Origin: Chiloscyllium plagiosum
Taxonomy: Eukaryota
Direction: 5' to 3'
Assembly: GCF_004010195.1 (NCBI RefSeq)
Contig: NC_057720.1
Location: 15,329,146-15,393,145 of the forward strand
Length of the DNA: 64,000 bases
This document shows, one piece after another, positions 12,154 through 24,000 of this stretch (positions are counted from its first letter, which is position 1; each line of letters starts with the position of its first letter). Below the pieces are notes generated by a model, which worked only from the letters and a program-made list of their open reading frames with translations, was not told the origin of the DNA and did no database searches. The position numbers and the translations under genes are program-made.

Positions 12154-14084
12154 AATACCAAGCAGAGATCATCTTCATGCCAACACACAGGAACTAAAGC
12201 AATTCTTCCTCCAAAAGTTATTTCATTAACCTCTTCCGCCTTAAATTTTGAGATTCAAAACAACAAGAGTGGTTTTGCCTTTGTAGAAAGTGGAATTATA
12301 AGTAGAAAGAATAACTAAAACAATCTAATAGCATAATGCTAGGTCAAGTTGAATGGTTAATTTTGGTTGAAATTTGAGCACAATTTCTAATATTTCATAT
12401 TATTACAACAGCAATTGTTTGCTGGTCACAACCAACATAGTGTAGGTTCAGTGGCTGTAAATGCAAGACCCCACAATCAGTTTCAAACACCTCTAGTCGA
12501 TAAAATGTTTCATCGACCAAATACTCAAAAGAAAGGAGTCTAGCTTTCATGGTGGGATAAATGTTATCAAGAGAGGGGTTAAAGTTTATTAGTGAATGTG
12601 TAGTTAATGTTTTATTTGGTAGGAAGAAAAAGCTTGTGAAGACTTTGCCATTATAAATTAATCTTTAATGAAAAGCTCTCCACTGTAGAACAGAATGTTC
12701 AAACCTAATGTAGCAGATATAAGATATTCTGAGTTGTGTCTGTTCTAACATGCCAAGAAAACCCACAGGCAATCTAAGAACATAGGCATTGCCTAGATCT
12801 GCCTTCCAGCAGTCTGATCCAGAGACAGCTTTCTCATTAGCTTTTATATACAAAATAGAAATAAAACCTTTGCTTTTTAGCATAAAGTTGTACAAGATTC
12901 ATATATTTTTATTACATCTTTTCTGCGTGGAGTAATACTTTGTTACTGAAATGAAATCAATTCAAATATTACAAAGACCACGTATTAACAAAGTTTATTT
13001 AAAGAACTACCTGACTATTAGTGGTAATCTGAAGCTGTATAATCCAGATATGTCCCAGGTGTCCCACTAGACAAACCCGTAGGCAGTCCTTTCATGGTGA
13101 AAATGATCGGCACCTGTCCATCCTAAAAACGTTAGCACACATACCGGAGCAAGCAATTTATTAACTGCTTTTCTCTTCCCCATAGATGCACAATATTGCT
13201 GCTTGATTTTCTCTAACAGGTAACTTTGGGATTTCATTGTTCTCTGTTTACTAGATCCTCATTTATTCACCTTAAATTAGCTCTCTAAAGAGCTAGTGCT
13301 CCACTAGAATCACTTTGTTTACCAAAGCAATATCTTGAAATTGGTACTGGTGTTAAACGACCATCATTATTTTCAATCCTATTCTCTGCAATGAGCCCAA
13401 ACGGAAATCTTATTAAATATGAATGTGCTTAGGGTGTAAGCTGGTTAAATATTTACAGCCTCAATATTAATGTATAATCTTTTTACTATTACCAGCCATG
13501 AAGTGATGCTACTGCAATGAACCGTGATCTTAATTAATATGCAGCCACGTAATTACTGGCTGTTGTGTTCCCTTCCACACAATGGGCAATTTCCTGAAAT
13601 AACCAGTCGCAGTTTCCCATCAGTTTAAGAGATAAAAAACAGGATGATTATCCTGGAACAAATGCTTATTTTGGTTGAAAAGGAGCTGAACAAATCGAAG
13701 TTTGAAAAGGAACCCAACATCATGGTCTGGGTTTGTAGCTCTTGCGGGGAATGTGAATGGAGGTTGGTGTAGCATTTCACTATGTGCCTGGGAAGGGGGC
13801 AGGAAAACTAACAGGACTATCTGCCCACAGTTGGTGGTTACCCTACAAGGCACTTGATGAACACCAATTGTAACTTTTTCAGTCAACCTACAGCTCAGTG
13901 GAAATTGGTTAAGTGGCCTGTGATCACAATAGTTCAGACCCGGTATTCTAGACCTCCCTGGCTCTTTTATATTATCCTGAATTCTGTTCTGACTTGTATA
14001 CAAATTGACTTGGAATGGAACCTGCTTGTAACTCAGGGACTGCCTGCACTTGTACATCCCCTCTACCAGATTAACACACTGTGA

Positions 14085-14240
14085 GGTGATGATGTGATGG
14101 TCATATTATTACAGCAATAGCACAGAGGCCCAGGCTAATATTCTGAGGACTTTGGTTCAAATCCCACAAAGGCAGCTGGTGGAATGTAAATTTAATTACA
14201 TTAATTTGAAATATAAAGTTGGTTTCAGCAATGGTGAACT
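14085..14240 (+). mobile_element. SINE family B, 5' part
   Basis: GAGGTGATG..CAGAGGCCCAGGCTAAT..GGTTCAAATCCCAC..GCAGCTGGTGGAAT. Confidence 0.65.
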
Positions 14241-14363
14241 TGATGGAGGGGTATGTTTATATTCTGGGGTGAGTCAACATTAGGAAGGAGGAGGTGTTGG
14301 GTGTCTTGAAAAGCATTAGAGGAGATAAATCCCCAGGATCCAATGGGATCTATCTCTGGATTT

Positions 14364-14800
14364 TGAATATGACTCAATTTGATTTGATTTATTTGTTGTC
14401 ACATGTGTTTTGTTACAAAATACATTGAAAAGTTTTGTATAGTGTTGCCACTCTCTGACGCCATCTTAAATCACAGAAAAAATAAACCAAAACATAGAAT
14501 GTAATGGAAGAAAAACAAAGAGATGAAGAAAAAGTGTTTAGCTTTACAGTCATTTTTGTTAAGTGTGAAACCATAGGCCCTGGGCCCAGTGGCCAGACAT
14601 GATTACCCCTTACCATGCTGCTGCCGCTGAAATGAAAGGTTGCTGCTCTTGGGTGCCATCTTGCCCCCACTGATGCCCTCGCCATTTTGAGTTTTCATTG
14701 GACGTCGCCAATGTGGATGCCCCGGACGCTACCAGATTCCCAAACCCGACTCGGATGCCATAACCATTCCACTGGGTCCACTTGAGTCTGTGCTGCCTCA
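14364..14800 (-). mobile_element. Non-autonomous element with Rex-like tail nested in CR1
   Basis: TTTGATTTGATTTATT..GTCACATGT..AAAAGT is the reverse complement of the Rex-type tail; a related copy lies at ~41690. Confidence 0.55.
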
Positions 14801-15827
14801 AGTAGGCAGTAGAGAAGATGGAGGAGAAATCTTTAGCCACAGGTGAAGCCCCAGAAGACTGGAGAATAGCCAATGTTGTTCCTTTGTTTTAGAGCAACAG
14901 AGAAAATCCGGAAATTATAGCTTGGAGACCCTTACGTCAGTGGCAGGGAAATTATTGGAGACAAGGATTTACCCACATTTCGAAAAGAATGGGGTTATTA
15001 GGGAGATTAAGCATGGCATTGTGTGGGGAAGGTCTTAAATCACAAATTTGATTTAGTTTCATTAGGAAGTGATAAGTACAGCAGTGAAAGTTGTCCATAT
15101 ATGCATCATTAAAGCATTTGACAAGGTCCCTCATGGTAAGCTGGTCCAGATGATTCAGTCACATGGGATCCTTGCTGAGTTAGTAAGTTGGTTACAAAAT
15201 TGGCTTGTTCATAGAGGACTGAGGGTAGTTGAGTGTTTTTCTGATGAGAGGTCTATGACCAGTGGTGTTTGTAATATATATAAATGATTTGCATTGAAGA
15301 TTGAATTAAGTACTCTCATGTCCTCACATGAGTACAGTAAAAAATGTAAGTACATGTAACAGTAAATCTAATTCAATTCAATTCAAATGACTTATGTATA
15401 TTATAAATGACAGAGTTCCCAGCACTGATCATTGTGAAACATCACTGGTCACAGATCTCCACTCAGAAAAACACCCCTCCACAACTATCCTCTGTCTTTT
15501 ATGACTGAGCTAACATTAAATCCAACTTACCAACTCATCATGTATTTCACCTGATGGAACCTACTAGGCCAGTCCACCATGAGGGATCTCGTCAAATACT
15601 TTAGGAAAGTCCACGTGGATCATATCCAGCACTGCCCTACCGTCATCAGTCATCATGTGATTGCTAGTTTGCCAATGAAACGAAAATTAGTGGAGTTTTG
15701 GATAGTAAAGCTGATTGTCTAAGGACACAGCGGTTTATAGATCAGATGGGGGGAGAAAAGGCAGCTGGAGCTTAATCTGGACAAGTGTGAGGTGATGCAT
15801 TTTGGCAGGTCAAATGCAAGAAGGAAG

Positions 15828-16053
15828 TGTAGTGATTGTAACAAGGTGGGCCAGGTGGACCTCATAGAATATGAGTTCCCTGATTGGGGCTGTTAATCTG
15901 GAAGCCCTGGTTGATAGATAAGAACAGGAGGGTCAGACATTTTGTTCACTCTGACAGCTGGCTCTGAGGGAGCTGGACCAGTGTCAAGGACTCTCCATGT
16001 GTAACTAAAGGGTGACTTGGTGATGGGATACCGGCCTCTGTGGAGTTATTTCA
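15828..16053 (+). repeat. 5' LTR of Gypsy element
   Basis: TGTAGTGATTGTAACAAGG...GGAGTTATTTCA. Confidence 0.92.
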
Positions 16054-16126
16054 GTGGCGATGAGAGTAAAGCACATGACTGAAGAAACTCGTTGTCTTTG
16101 AGTTGGAGTAAGCATTTCTGGCATCA

Positions 16127-19100
16127 TGCAGTTATTTGGGAAGCTTGACTCATTTGATCCTGCCATCAAAGACTGGGCCCAGTATGTGGAAGGAATACAT
16201 TATTTTTTTCTGGGCAAATGTCAACGGGGCAGATGAAAAGCAATGAGTAATTTTCCTGACAACTTGTGGACCTGCAACTTTTTCAGTTACGAGGTGCCTA
16301 ACATTCCCTGAGGCACCAGATACTAAAACCTTTCAAGAGTTGATGGATTTAGTTAAGGAATATTATGACCATAAGCCTCCTCTAATTCTGAGACAGTTTC
16401 AGTTTTACACTGCAATTCGAGGACCGGGGAATCCATGTCGGGACTTTTGACCAAGTTGACATGACTGGCAGAGGCATGTGACTTTGATTTGACCCTTAAT
16501 GGGACACTGAGAGTTTGTTTGGTATGTGGGATTAATGATGTAACCATGCAAAAAATGCCTACTGGCTGAAGCCCAATTGGATTTCAAACAGGCAGTACAA
16601 TGGAAAATACAGCAAGTGTAGCATGTGAGTTGCAGGGTATTCCGAAGGAAGTGCACATCCTCGCCAGTCCGAGTGAGCTTGGGGAACACCACATGAATGA
16701 AGGTAATTGAATAGCCTTACTCAGGGCATATCCTGAACAGCAGAACTCTCGGTCAGCCCATAGCAAAACTCCAAAACAAAGCCAAGCCTTGGTCAAACGG
16801 TTCAGTACTTTTTCAGGATCTGGGCTAGTAAGCCATTGTAGCTGCTGCAGGTTTGCGGACATGAGACAGGAAAAGAGTCCCACTAGACCCAAGTTGAGTC
16901 AGAGAACTCGTAAGCTGGTATTCAGGAGAGTGCACACCTTGGCAAGTCTACCAACATCTGGTCTGGAACAGTTAAATTGCTTAGCAATATCCAAATCAGA
17001 ACCAATCAAAAATAAACATCTGGTTAAATTGCCATCCAGTTCTAATGGAGGTTGACAATGGCACACCTGTATCAGTGATTGCAGAGCCAGTTTTTAACAA
17101 TCTGCACTCTGGACTCCTACCCTTAAGTTTGCACAAGACCTCGGCTAGACTGAGAACTTATACGGGGGAACTATTACAGGTTAAGGGTACGACTTCAGGT
17201 GTTCCGGTCTCGTTATGAAAAGCAGCTGGTTCAGTTACCACTAATTGTAGTAAAAGGCTTGGGCCCAAGCCTGATGGGGCAAAATTGGTTGAGAAAGATT
17301 CGCTTTGATTGTCTCAGCATCTTTCGATTAGAGAATGGCTGTCTGAATGAAGTCTCCAATGAAATACCCAGATGTTTTCCAGGAAGGTCTAGGGACTATC
17401 AAAGGAGCCAAGGCCACTTTGCATGTTGACCAGGAAGCAATTCCACCATTTTACAAGGCCCACCCAGTGCCATTTGCCTTCTGGGAAAAAGAAGGCTGGA
17501 AACCAATCCAGTTTGTGAAACTGGTCGTACCAACTGTGAAGCCCAATGGTTCAGTTCACCTTTGTGGGGATTTTAAACAAAGAGTAAATTGCTTTTCGCA
17601 GCTGAATAAATATTCAATCCTTCACATAGAGGATTTATACACAAAGCTGACAGGGGGAGCTGTCCTTCAAGAAACTGGACATGAGCCATGCATACCTGCA
17701 ATTGCGGTTAGATGAGGATTCCCAGATGTATACTACAGTTAATACCCCTAAAGGTTTGTATCAATGTACATTGTATCAATGCCATTTAGGTTATCATCAG
17801 CCTGTGTTGTTTTTCAGCAGACGATGGAGAACATTTTACAAGGTCCACCCCCAGGACGCCATTTATGTGATGACATGCTAATAACGTGGAAGACGAATAA
17901 GGAACACATAGAGAACTTGGACATAGACATGAGAGAGCTTTGCCAGGCTGGCTTTAGAAGGGAAAAATGTGTGTTCCAGGCACGCCAAGTGACCTACTCG
18001 GGCTACAGAGTCGACAAGACTGGGTTACATTTGTTGGAAGACAAATTGAGGGTGATCAATAATGCCCCGGCTTCTGCATCTGTACCAGAACTAAGGTCGT
18101 TCCTTGGGCTGGTGCATTATTATGGAAGGGTCATACGTAACCCGGGCTCCATCCAGGTACCTGTGCATCAACTCCTAAAAGACGGTCAGCCTTGGAAATT
18201 ATCACATAGACAAGCCATGGCTTCGGGAGGTGAAGAAACAGTTATCATCCTCAAAAGTGTTGGCACACTCCGATCCCAAGTGAGACCTGGTATTGACATG
18301 CAGTGCCTCCTGTGTGGCACCGGGATAATATTAGCTCGAGGGTGGCCCAAAGGAGAGGAACACCCAATAGCACATGTATCCAGGACTTTGGCTAATGCAG
18401 AGCCCAGATAGTGAAGGAGAATTTGGAGATTGGTTTTGGAGTAGGAAGTTCCACCAATACAGACGTACATTTATAATATTAACAGACCACAAACCCTTGC
18501 TAGTTCTACTTAAAGAGGACAAAGCAATGCCTTCCATAGGCTGAATTCAGCAATCGGCTCTAATGCTAAGTGCTTATAATTTCAAGTCCAGGAGGCAAAG
18601 TCTCAAATACTGCTTCCTGTCACCACCACTGTTGTTAATGGTTGGTAATGGTTTCAAATCTTCTGGGCACACTTCCAGTCACCGCTGACATTATCAGACT
18701 TTGGACCAGAAAGGTCCGGCGCCAGCAAAACTGTAACAGCTGGTGGTGATGGGGAAGCCAAAGGCTGTCATAACCAGAACTGAACCCTTTTTGGACACGG
18801 AGAGAACAGATCACATTAGAGGACGGCTGTTATTATGGGGAGCAAGATTGATTGTCCTGAATAAAGATGGCCACCAGATACTAGATGAACTCCACCAGGA
18901 TCATGCAGGGGTCTCCAAAATGAAGGTGTTGGTGGGAAGTTATGTCTGGTTGCCAGGATTGAATGCTGGCAGAGCCACGTTGGTGGGGCAGTGCCCAGAG
19001 TGCCAACAAGGACAAAGATTACTGACAGCGGTTCTCCCATATTTGTGGGAATGGTTGGGTAAACCTAGGCGAGGTCACACATCGACTGTGCAGGACCTTT

Positions 19101-19760
19101 CATGGGTTCAATGTTCTCCATCATTGTCAACACCCACTCAAAATGGCTGGACGTGCACAGGGTTCATTTGTCAAACATGAGGATGACATTAGAAAAACTG
19201 CAAGCATCTTTTGCAATACATGGACACCCAGAAGCATTGGTCACAAACAATCATCGCTTACCAGCAGGAAATTTGAGTCTTTGCAAAAGTTGAATGGCAT
19301 TTGACGTATAAGGATAGCTCCATACCATCCATTATCCAATGGCCTAGCAGAAAGATCAGTCCAAACTTTGAAGGCAGGCTTAAAGAAACAGCCTACAGCT
19401 TCACTAAATACTAAACTGTCCCGGTTCCTATTCGGTTACAAGACCACCCGTCATGCAACTACAGGCATAGTTCCAGTAGAGTTGCTACTGGGGAGAAGAC
19501 TCTGCACCAGGTTAAATCTGATCTTCTGGAACCTGGGTGGGAGTAGAGGGAAGGGTGAGATGGCACCAGGAATGTCAATGCCGGTCGCAAGAGAGAGACA
19601 GTTTACTTCAGGGGACGAAGTTCAGTGTAGGAACCATGGGAATGGCCCTGCACGGGTAAGAGGCACATTCAACATGAGGTCAGGTCCTGTGACATATTAA
19701 GTTCAGGTCGATGCAACGGTCCTGAACAAGCACGTGAACTGTATGAAAGCTGCAAGTTCA
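16127..19760 (+). pseudogene. Disrupted gag-pol of Gypsy element
   Basis: MQLFGKLDSFDP (gag); GPSLMGQNWL (PR); HLCGDFK, MPFRLSSA..FQQTME, CDDML (RT); LRSFLGLVHYY, PIAHVSRTL (RH); ILDELHQDHAG..CPECQ and YHPLSNGLAERSVQTLK (IN); many frameshifts and stops. Confidence 0.88.
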
Positions 19761-20087
19761 CAAACGATGCAGCAGCAAAATATATCCAACTCCCTTAACA
19801 GATTTCCCAACTGTTATGGAGCCCAGGAGTTCTCCCTCTCCATTGTGTTGAAGGTACCTTGGAATCTGAAATGGACACGGTGGATGTCACCACCTTGACA
19901 CCTTTGCCACCTGAAGAGGAGAATTAATTTCTTCAGAAATGCTCTGAGCATAAGAGAGCTAATGTGTATTACACACTGCCTGTATCAGAGGCAGGGCTGG
20001 AGGAACGTGACCTGGTGCTAAAACGCCCTGGGAGGAGCTACAAAAACAAAGCACTGGCTAACGTGGTTAGATTCAGAGTGGGAGGGA

Positions 20088-20321
20088 TGCAGTGATTGTA
20101 ACAAGGTCAGCTGGGTGCACCTCATAGAATATCAGTTCCCTGATTGCGGCTGTTAACCTGGTCCAATCAGGGAGCTCTGGCACAGATAAGAACAGAAGTG
20201 TCAGATATTCTGTTCACTCTGTGAGCTCGATGTGAAGGAGGTGGGTCAATGTCAAAGACTCTCTATGAGCAAATAAAGGGTGACTTGGTGAGGGGATACT
20301 GGCCTCTGTGGAGTTATTTCG
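20088..20321 (+). repeat. 3' LTR of Gypsy element
   Basis: TGCAGTGATTGTAACAAGG...GGAGTTATTTCG; clearly diverged from the 5' LTR. Confidence 0.92.
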
Positions 20322-20599
20322 GAAAGTATACAGTACATGGCAGGACCCTTTGGAGTATTGATATTCAGAGGATCTTGAGTTGTAAGTCCATAGCTCTCTG
20401 AAAATGTAGATAAGGTGGTAAAAAAGGTGTACGGTATGCTTACCTTTAACAATTGGGAAATTGAGTATAAAAGTTCACAAGTCATGTTGCAGCTTTGTAA
20501 AATTTTAGTCAGGCCACATTTGGAGTATTCTGTGCAGTTCTGGTTACCATGCTACACATGAAGGACGTGGAGGGTTTGAACAGGGTACAAAAGAGGTTT

Positions 20600-20806
20600 G
20601 GAAATGTGTTGCTGGAAAAGCGCAGCAGGTCAGGCAGCATCCAGGGAACAGGAGAATCGACGTTTCGGGCATAAGCCATTCCTGAAGAAGGGCTTATGCC
20701 CGAAATGTCGATTCTCCTGTTCCCTGGATGCTGCCTGACCTGCTGCGCTTTTCCAGCAACACATTTCCAGCTCTGATCTCCAGCATCTGCAGACCTCACT
20801 TTCTCC
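20600..20806. mobile_element. Fold-back PLE-derived element (family 1), young, 14 bp TSD
   Basis: TSD TACAAAAGAGGTTT at 20586-20599 and 20807-20820; near-perfect ~78 bp inverted arms. Confidence 0.93.
20678..20714 (+). ncRNA. Minimal type I hammerhead ribozyme motif (PLE-type)
   Basis: CUGAAGA-A-GGGC(UUAU)GCCC-GAA-AUGU-C. Confidence 0.7.
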
Positions 20807-20840
20807 TACAAAAGAGGTTTAACAGGATGTTGCCTATATT

Positions 20841-21190
20841 GGGCGACACAATGGCCCAATGGTTAGCACTGGTATCTCACAGCGCTGGGGACACTGGTTC
20901 ACTTCCACCCTCAGGCGACTGTCTGTATGGAGTTTGCACATTCACCCCGTGTCTGTGTGGGTTTCCTCCAGGTGCTCTGGTTTCCTCCCACAGTCACAAA
21001 GATGTGCAGGTAGGTGAATTGGCCAAGTGAAATTGCTCCAGAGATTTCAGGAATGTGTAGGCTAGGTGGGTTAGCTATGGGTAATGCGGGGTTACAGGGA
21101 TAGGGGGTTGGGTCTGAGTGGGATGCTCTTTGGAGGATCGGTGTGGACTCAATGGGCCAAATGGCTTGCTTCCATACTATCAAGATTCTG
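20841..21190 (+). mobile_element. HE1 V-SINE nested in CR1
   Basis: tRNA head TGGCCCAATGGTTAGCAC, V-domain, CR1-like tail. Confidence 0.9.
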
Positions 21191-21572
21191 TGGAGAGTTA
21201 GAGCTGTAAGAAGTGTTTGGACAAACTTGGATCATTTTTGCTAGAATGTGGGAGATTGCGGGGCGGCCTGATTGAAGGGTATAAGATTGGGAGACATCAA
21301 TAAAGTAGATCGAGTCTTGATCCCAAGCTGGAAATGTCAAATAATAGGGAACATAGGTTTAAGGTGAGAGGGGGGATGTTTAAAGGAGATGTGTGAGGAG
21401 AGTATTTTTATACTGAGGGTGCCTGGAATATGCTGCCAGGGGAGGTGATTGAAGTAGACATGTTAGCAACATTTAAGAGGCATTTAAACAAACACATGAA
21501 TAGACAGAGAATACAGGGATATGTTCCATGTGCAGGTAGTAAAGATTAGCTTCGAATGGCATCATTGTTGAC

Positions 21573-21800
21573 CATGATTTGGAGATGCTGGTGTTGGACT
21601 GGGGTGTACAAAGTTAAAAATCACACAATACCAGGTTATTGTCCAACAGGTTTATTTGGAAGCACTAGCTGTTGGAGTGTTGCTCCTTCATCAGGTGATT
21701 CTCCACAATCACCTGATGAAGGAGCGTCGCTCCGAAAGCCAGTGTTTCCAAATAAACCTGTTGGACAATAACCTGGTGTTGTGTGATTTTTAACTTTGTA
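21573..21800. mobile_element. Fold-back PLE-derived element (family 2), 13 bp TSD
   Basis: TSD CATCATTGTTGAC at 21560-21572 and 21801-21813; ~95 bp inverted arms around a CTCCAC loop. Confidence 0.93.
21710..21744 (+). ncRNA. Minimal hammerhead motif, family 2 (U16.1 changed to C in this copy)
   Basis: cac-CUGAUGA-A-GGAGC(GUC)GCUCC-GAA-AGCC-A-gug; other copies show AGCU. Confidence 0.6.
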
Positions 21801-21869
21801 CATCATTGTTGACATGGACATGATGGGCCCAAAGGTCTGCTCCATGCTGTATCGTCCTATGTTCTCCAA

Positions 21870-22066
21870 CTAACACCAGTTATCATAAAACCAGTCTGGT
21901 TCACTCATGTCCTTTAGAGAAGGAAATCTGCTCTCCTGACCTGGTACAGACTACATGAGACTCCAGGCCCACAGCAATGTGATTGACTCTGAAATGATCT
22001 AGCAAGGTCAATCAGGTCTGGGAAATGAATGCTGGACTTGCTGGTGACTCCTGCGTCCATTGAACA
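21870..22066 (+). mobile_element. SINE family B, 3' part
   Basis: CTGGTTCACT..GTCCTTTAG..AAGGAAATCTGC..CCCACAGCAATGTGATTGACTCT..AATGCTGG. Confidence 0.75.
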
Positions 22067-22111
22067 GAATTAGTGGCAAGAAATACCTATCATGTTCTCA
22101 TAACCTTATTC

Positions 22112-22290
22112 ATAGGAATCGGTTTAGCACAGTTGGCTGGATTGTTGGTTTACAGACCAGCAGGCGTTCAATCCCCACCACCGGTTTGAGGTTACCATGA
22201 AGGATTCTCCTTCTCACCCTCTTCCTCACCCACCAGTTGCTTCTCTCTAACCAGACCTATGTTCTGGTAAGACTATGGCGACACAACAAC
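22112..22290 (+). mobile_element. tRNA-derived SINE family C
   Basis: TTAGCACAGTTGGCTGG (A box), GTTCAATCCC (B box), GAGGTTACCATGAAGG, tail GACTATGGCGAC; related copy at 38650. Confidence 0.65.
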
Positions 22291-22811
22291 TCTTATTCCT
22301 CCACTTATAGACCACCGATTGAAATTTTACATTTCTCACCTTGAGATTTAGTGAAACATCAATTGACCACACACACACACGTTTCTCTCTGACATCAAAC
22401 TAATTTGGTTTCGAGTGCTGTAGTTGTGCTCAGAATCCATGCACATGTCACCCTTTGGTCTCTGTCTGCTTTGTTACTGCTCCTTTACACTCCTGGTTTC
22501 CTCCACATTTAGACTCTGCCAGTCAACCTAAAGATTTGCTGCTGCCAAAACAAGTCAAGAGCAAACGTTTGGGAGGCTTAATGTTACTGCAGCTATAGTG
22601 AGATAGATGGAGGATTGAAGGATAGGCGGTTTGGAGTTTGAAAGTCTGTTACAGGCACCTGAGGGTTGAAAGGAAATTTAATAGAGACTTTAGAAAAAAT
22701 GAAAGATTTTAAGAGGTTGACTGGTGATTCTTTAGGGGGAGGTCCAGTCCAAACCTTTAACTAAAGAATGAAAGAGAAAGTAAAGAGTTAGAAAATGCTT
22801 TGGTTTTGGAG

Positions 22812-24000
22812 TCACAGGTAAACTTTAGCAAGGTCTTTGACATGGTAGTAAATGGTGGGTTGTTGAGTGAGGTTAAATATCATGGGATCCAGGGAGAGCT
22901 TGCCAACTGGATAAAAAAAATGGCTTGAAGGTAGAAGATAGAGGGTGGTGGTAAAGAGTTGTTTTGCAAACTGGAGGCCTGTGGCCAGCTGTGTGCCACA
23001 GGGAACAGTGCTAGATCCACTATTATTCATCATTTATGTAAATGATTTGGATGAGAATTTAGGAGGCTTGGTTGGTAAGTTTGCAGATGAGATCAAAATT
23101 GGTGGTGTAGTGGACAGCGAAGGTGGTTATCTGGGGATGCAATGAGACTTTGATCAACTGGGCCAGCGAGCTGAGGAATGGGCAGATGAAATTTAAATTA
23201 AATAAATACGAGGTGTCGCACTTTGGTGGGTCAAACCAGGGCAGGACTTACACAGTCAATGGTAGGGCCCTGAGGAGTGTTATAGAACAAAGAGGTCTAG
23301 GGATGCAGGTTCATAGTTCCTTGAAAATGGAGTCACAGGTACACAGGCTGGTGAAGAAGGCTTTCAGCATGCTTGTTTTCATCGGTCAGAGTGTTGAGTA
23401 TAGAGGAGTTGGGATGTCTTGTTGCAAATGTACAAGACATTAGTAAGACCACATTTGGAGTACTGTGTGCAGATCTGGTTGCCGCATTATAGAAATGACA
23501 TTATTAAATTAGAAACAGTGCAGAAAAGATTTACAAGGATACTAACTGAACTGGAAGGTTTGAGTTATAAGGAGAGGCTGGATAGACAGGGACTTTTCCC
23601 TGGAGTGTAGGAGACTGACAGGTGTCCTTATAAGGTCTATAAAATCATGAAAGGCATAAATAAGGTAGATAGCCAAAGGTTTTTCTCCATGCTAGGGGAG
23701 TCTAATTCTAGAGGGCAAGGGTTTAAGGTGAGAGGTGAGAAACAGTACAGGGTCCAGAGGGGCATTTTTTTCAGCCAGAGATTGGTGAGTGTCTGGAATG
23801 GGCTGCTGGAGATAGTGATGGAAGCAAGTACAATTTTGTCATTTAAGAAACATTTGGACAGGTACATGGATGGGATATATATGGAGGGATATAGACCAAA
23901 CACAGGCAAATGGGCCAAGTTTAACAGTGAAAACTTGGCAACATGGACAAGTTGGCTGAAGGGCCTGTTTCCATACTGTTGACCTCTGTGATTCTATGCC
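22812..24000 (+). mobile_element. CR1 LINE, RT to 3' end, decayed
   Basis: VPQGTVLDPLLFIIYVNDL..KFADE, YKTLVRPHLEYCVQIW, FFSQRLVSVWNGL. Confidence 0.93.

Larger units (their letters stand above)
15828..20321 (+). mobile_element. Gypsy/Ty3 LTR retrotransposon (Mag / K02A2.6-like), full length and decayed
   Basis: Two ~230 bp LTRs, PBS-like TGGCGATGAG at 16055, PPT AGAGTGGGAGGGA before the 3' LTR, gag-PR-RT-RH-IN order, near-TSD GGAAG/GAAAG. Confidence 0.93.
14255..21865 (+). mobile_element. Long decayed CR1 ORF2 hosting multiple nested insertions
   Basis: Collinear pieces: DKSPG (14330), PEDWRIANVVPLF (14850), KAFDKVPHG (15120), KCEVMHFGRSN (15785), then after the Gypsy YTVHGRTL, RPHLEYSVQFW, 3' UTR ending ~21865. 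Confidence 0.85.

Noticed and set aside
13620..14057. 145 aa minus-strand ORF in non-repeat DNA
   Set aside because: No recognisable motif or splice context; cannot be supported without a search
17764..18411. 215 aa RT/RNase H ORF as a domesticated gene
   Set aside because: It lies inside an LTR-bounded Gypsy with frameshifts on both sides and a damaged YxDD motif
20600..20768. Hairpins as pre-miRNAs, terminators or classical MITEs
   Set aside because: The arms are PLE terminal sequence with unequal lengths and variable 10-15 bp TSDs, which does not fit a DNA-transposon superfamily; small-RNA production cannot be judged from sequence
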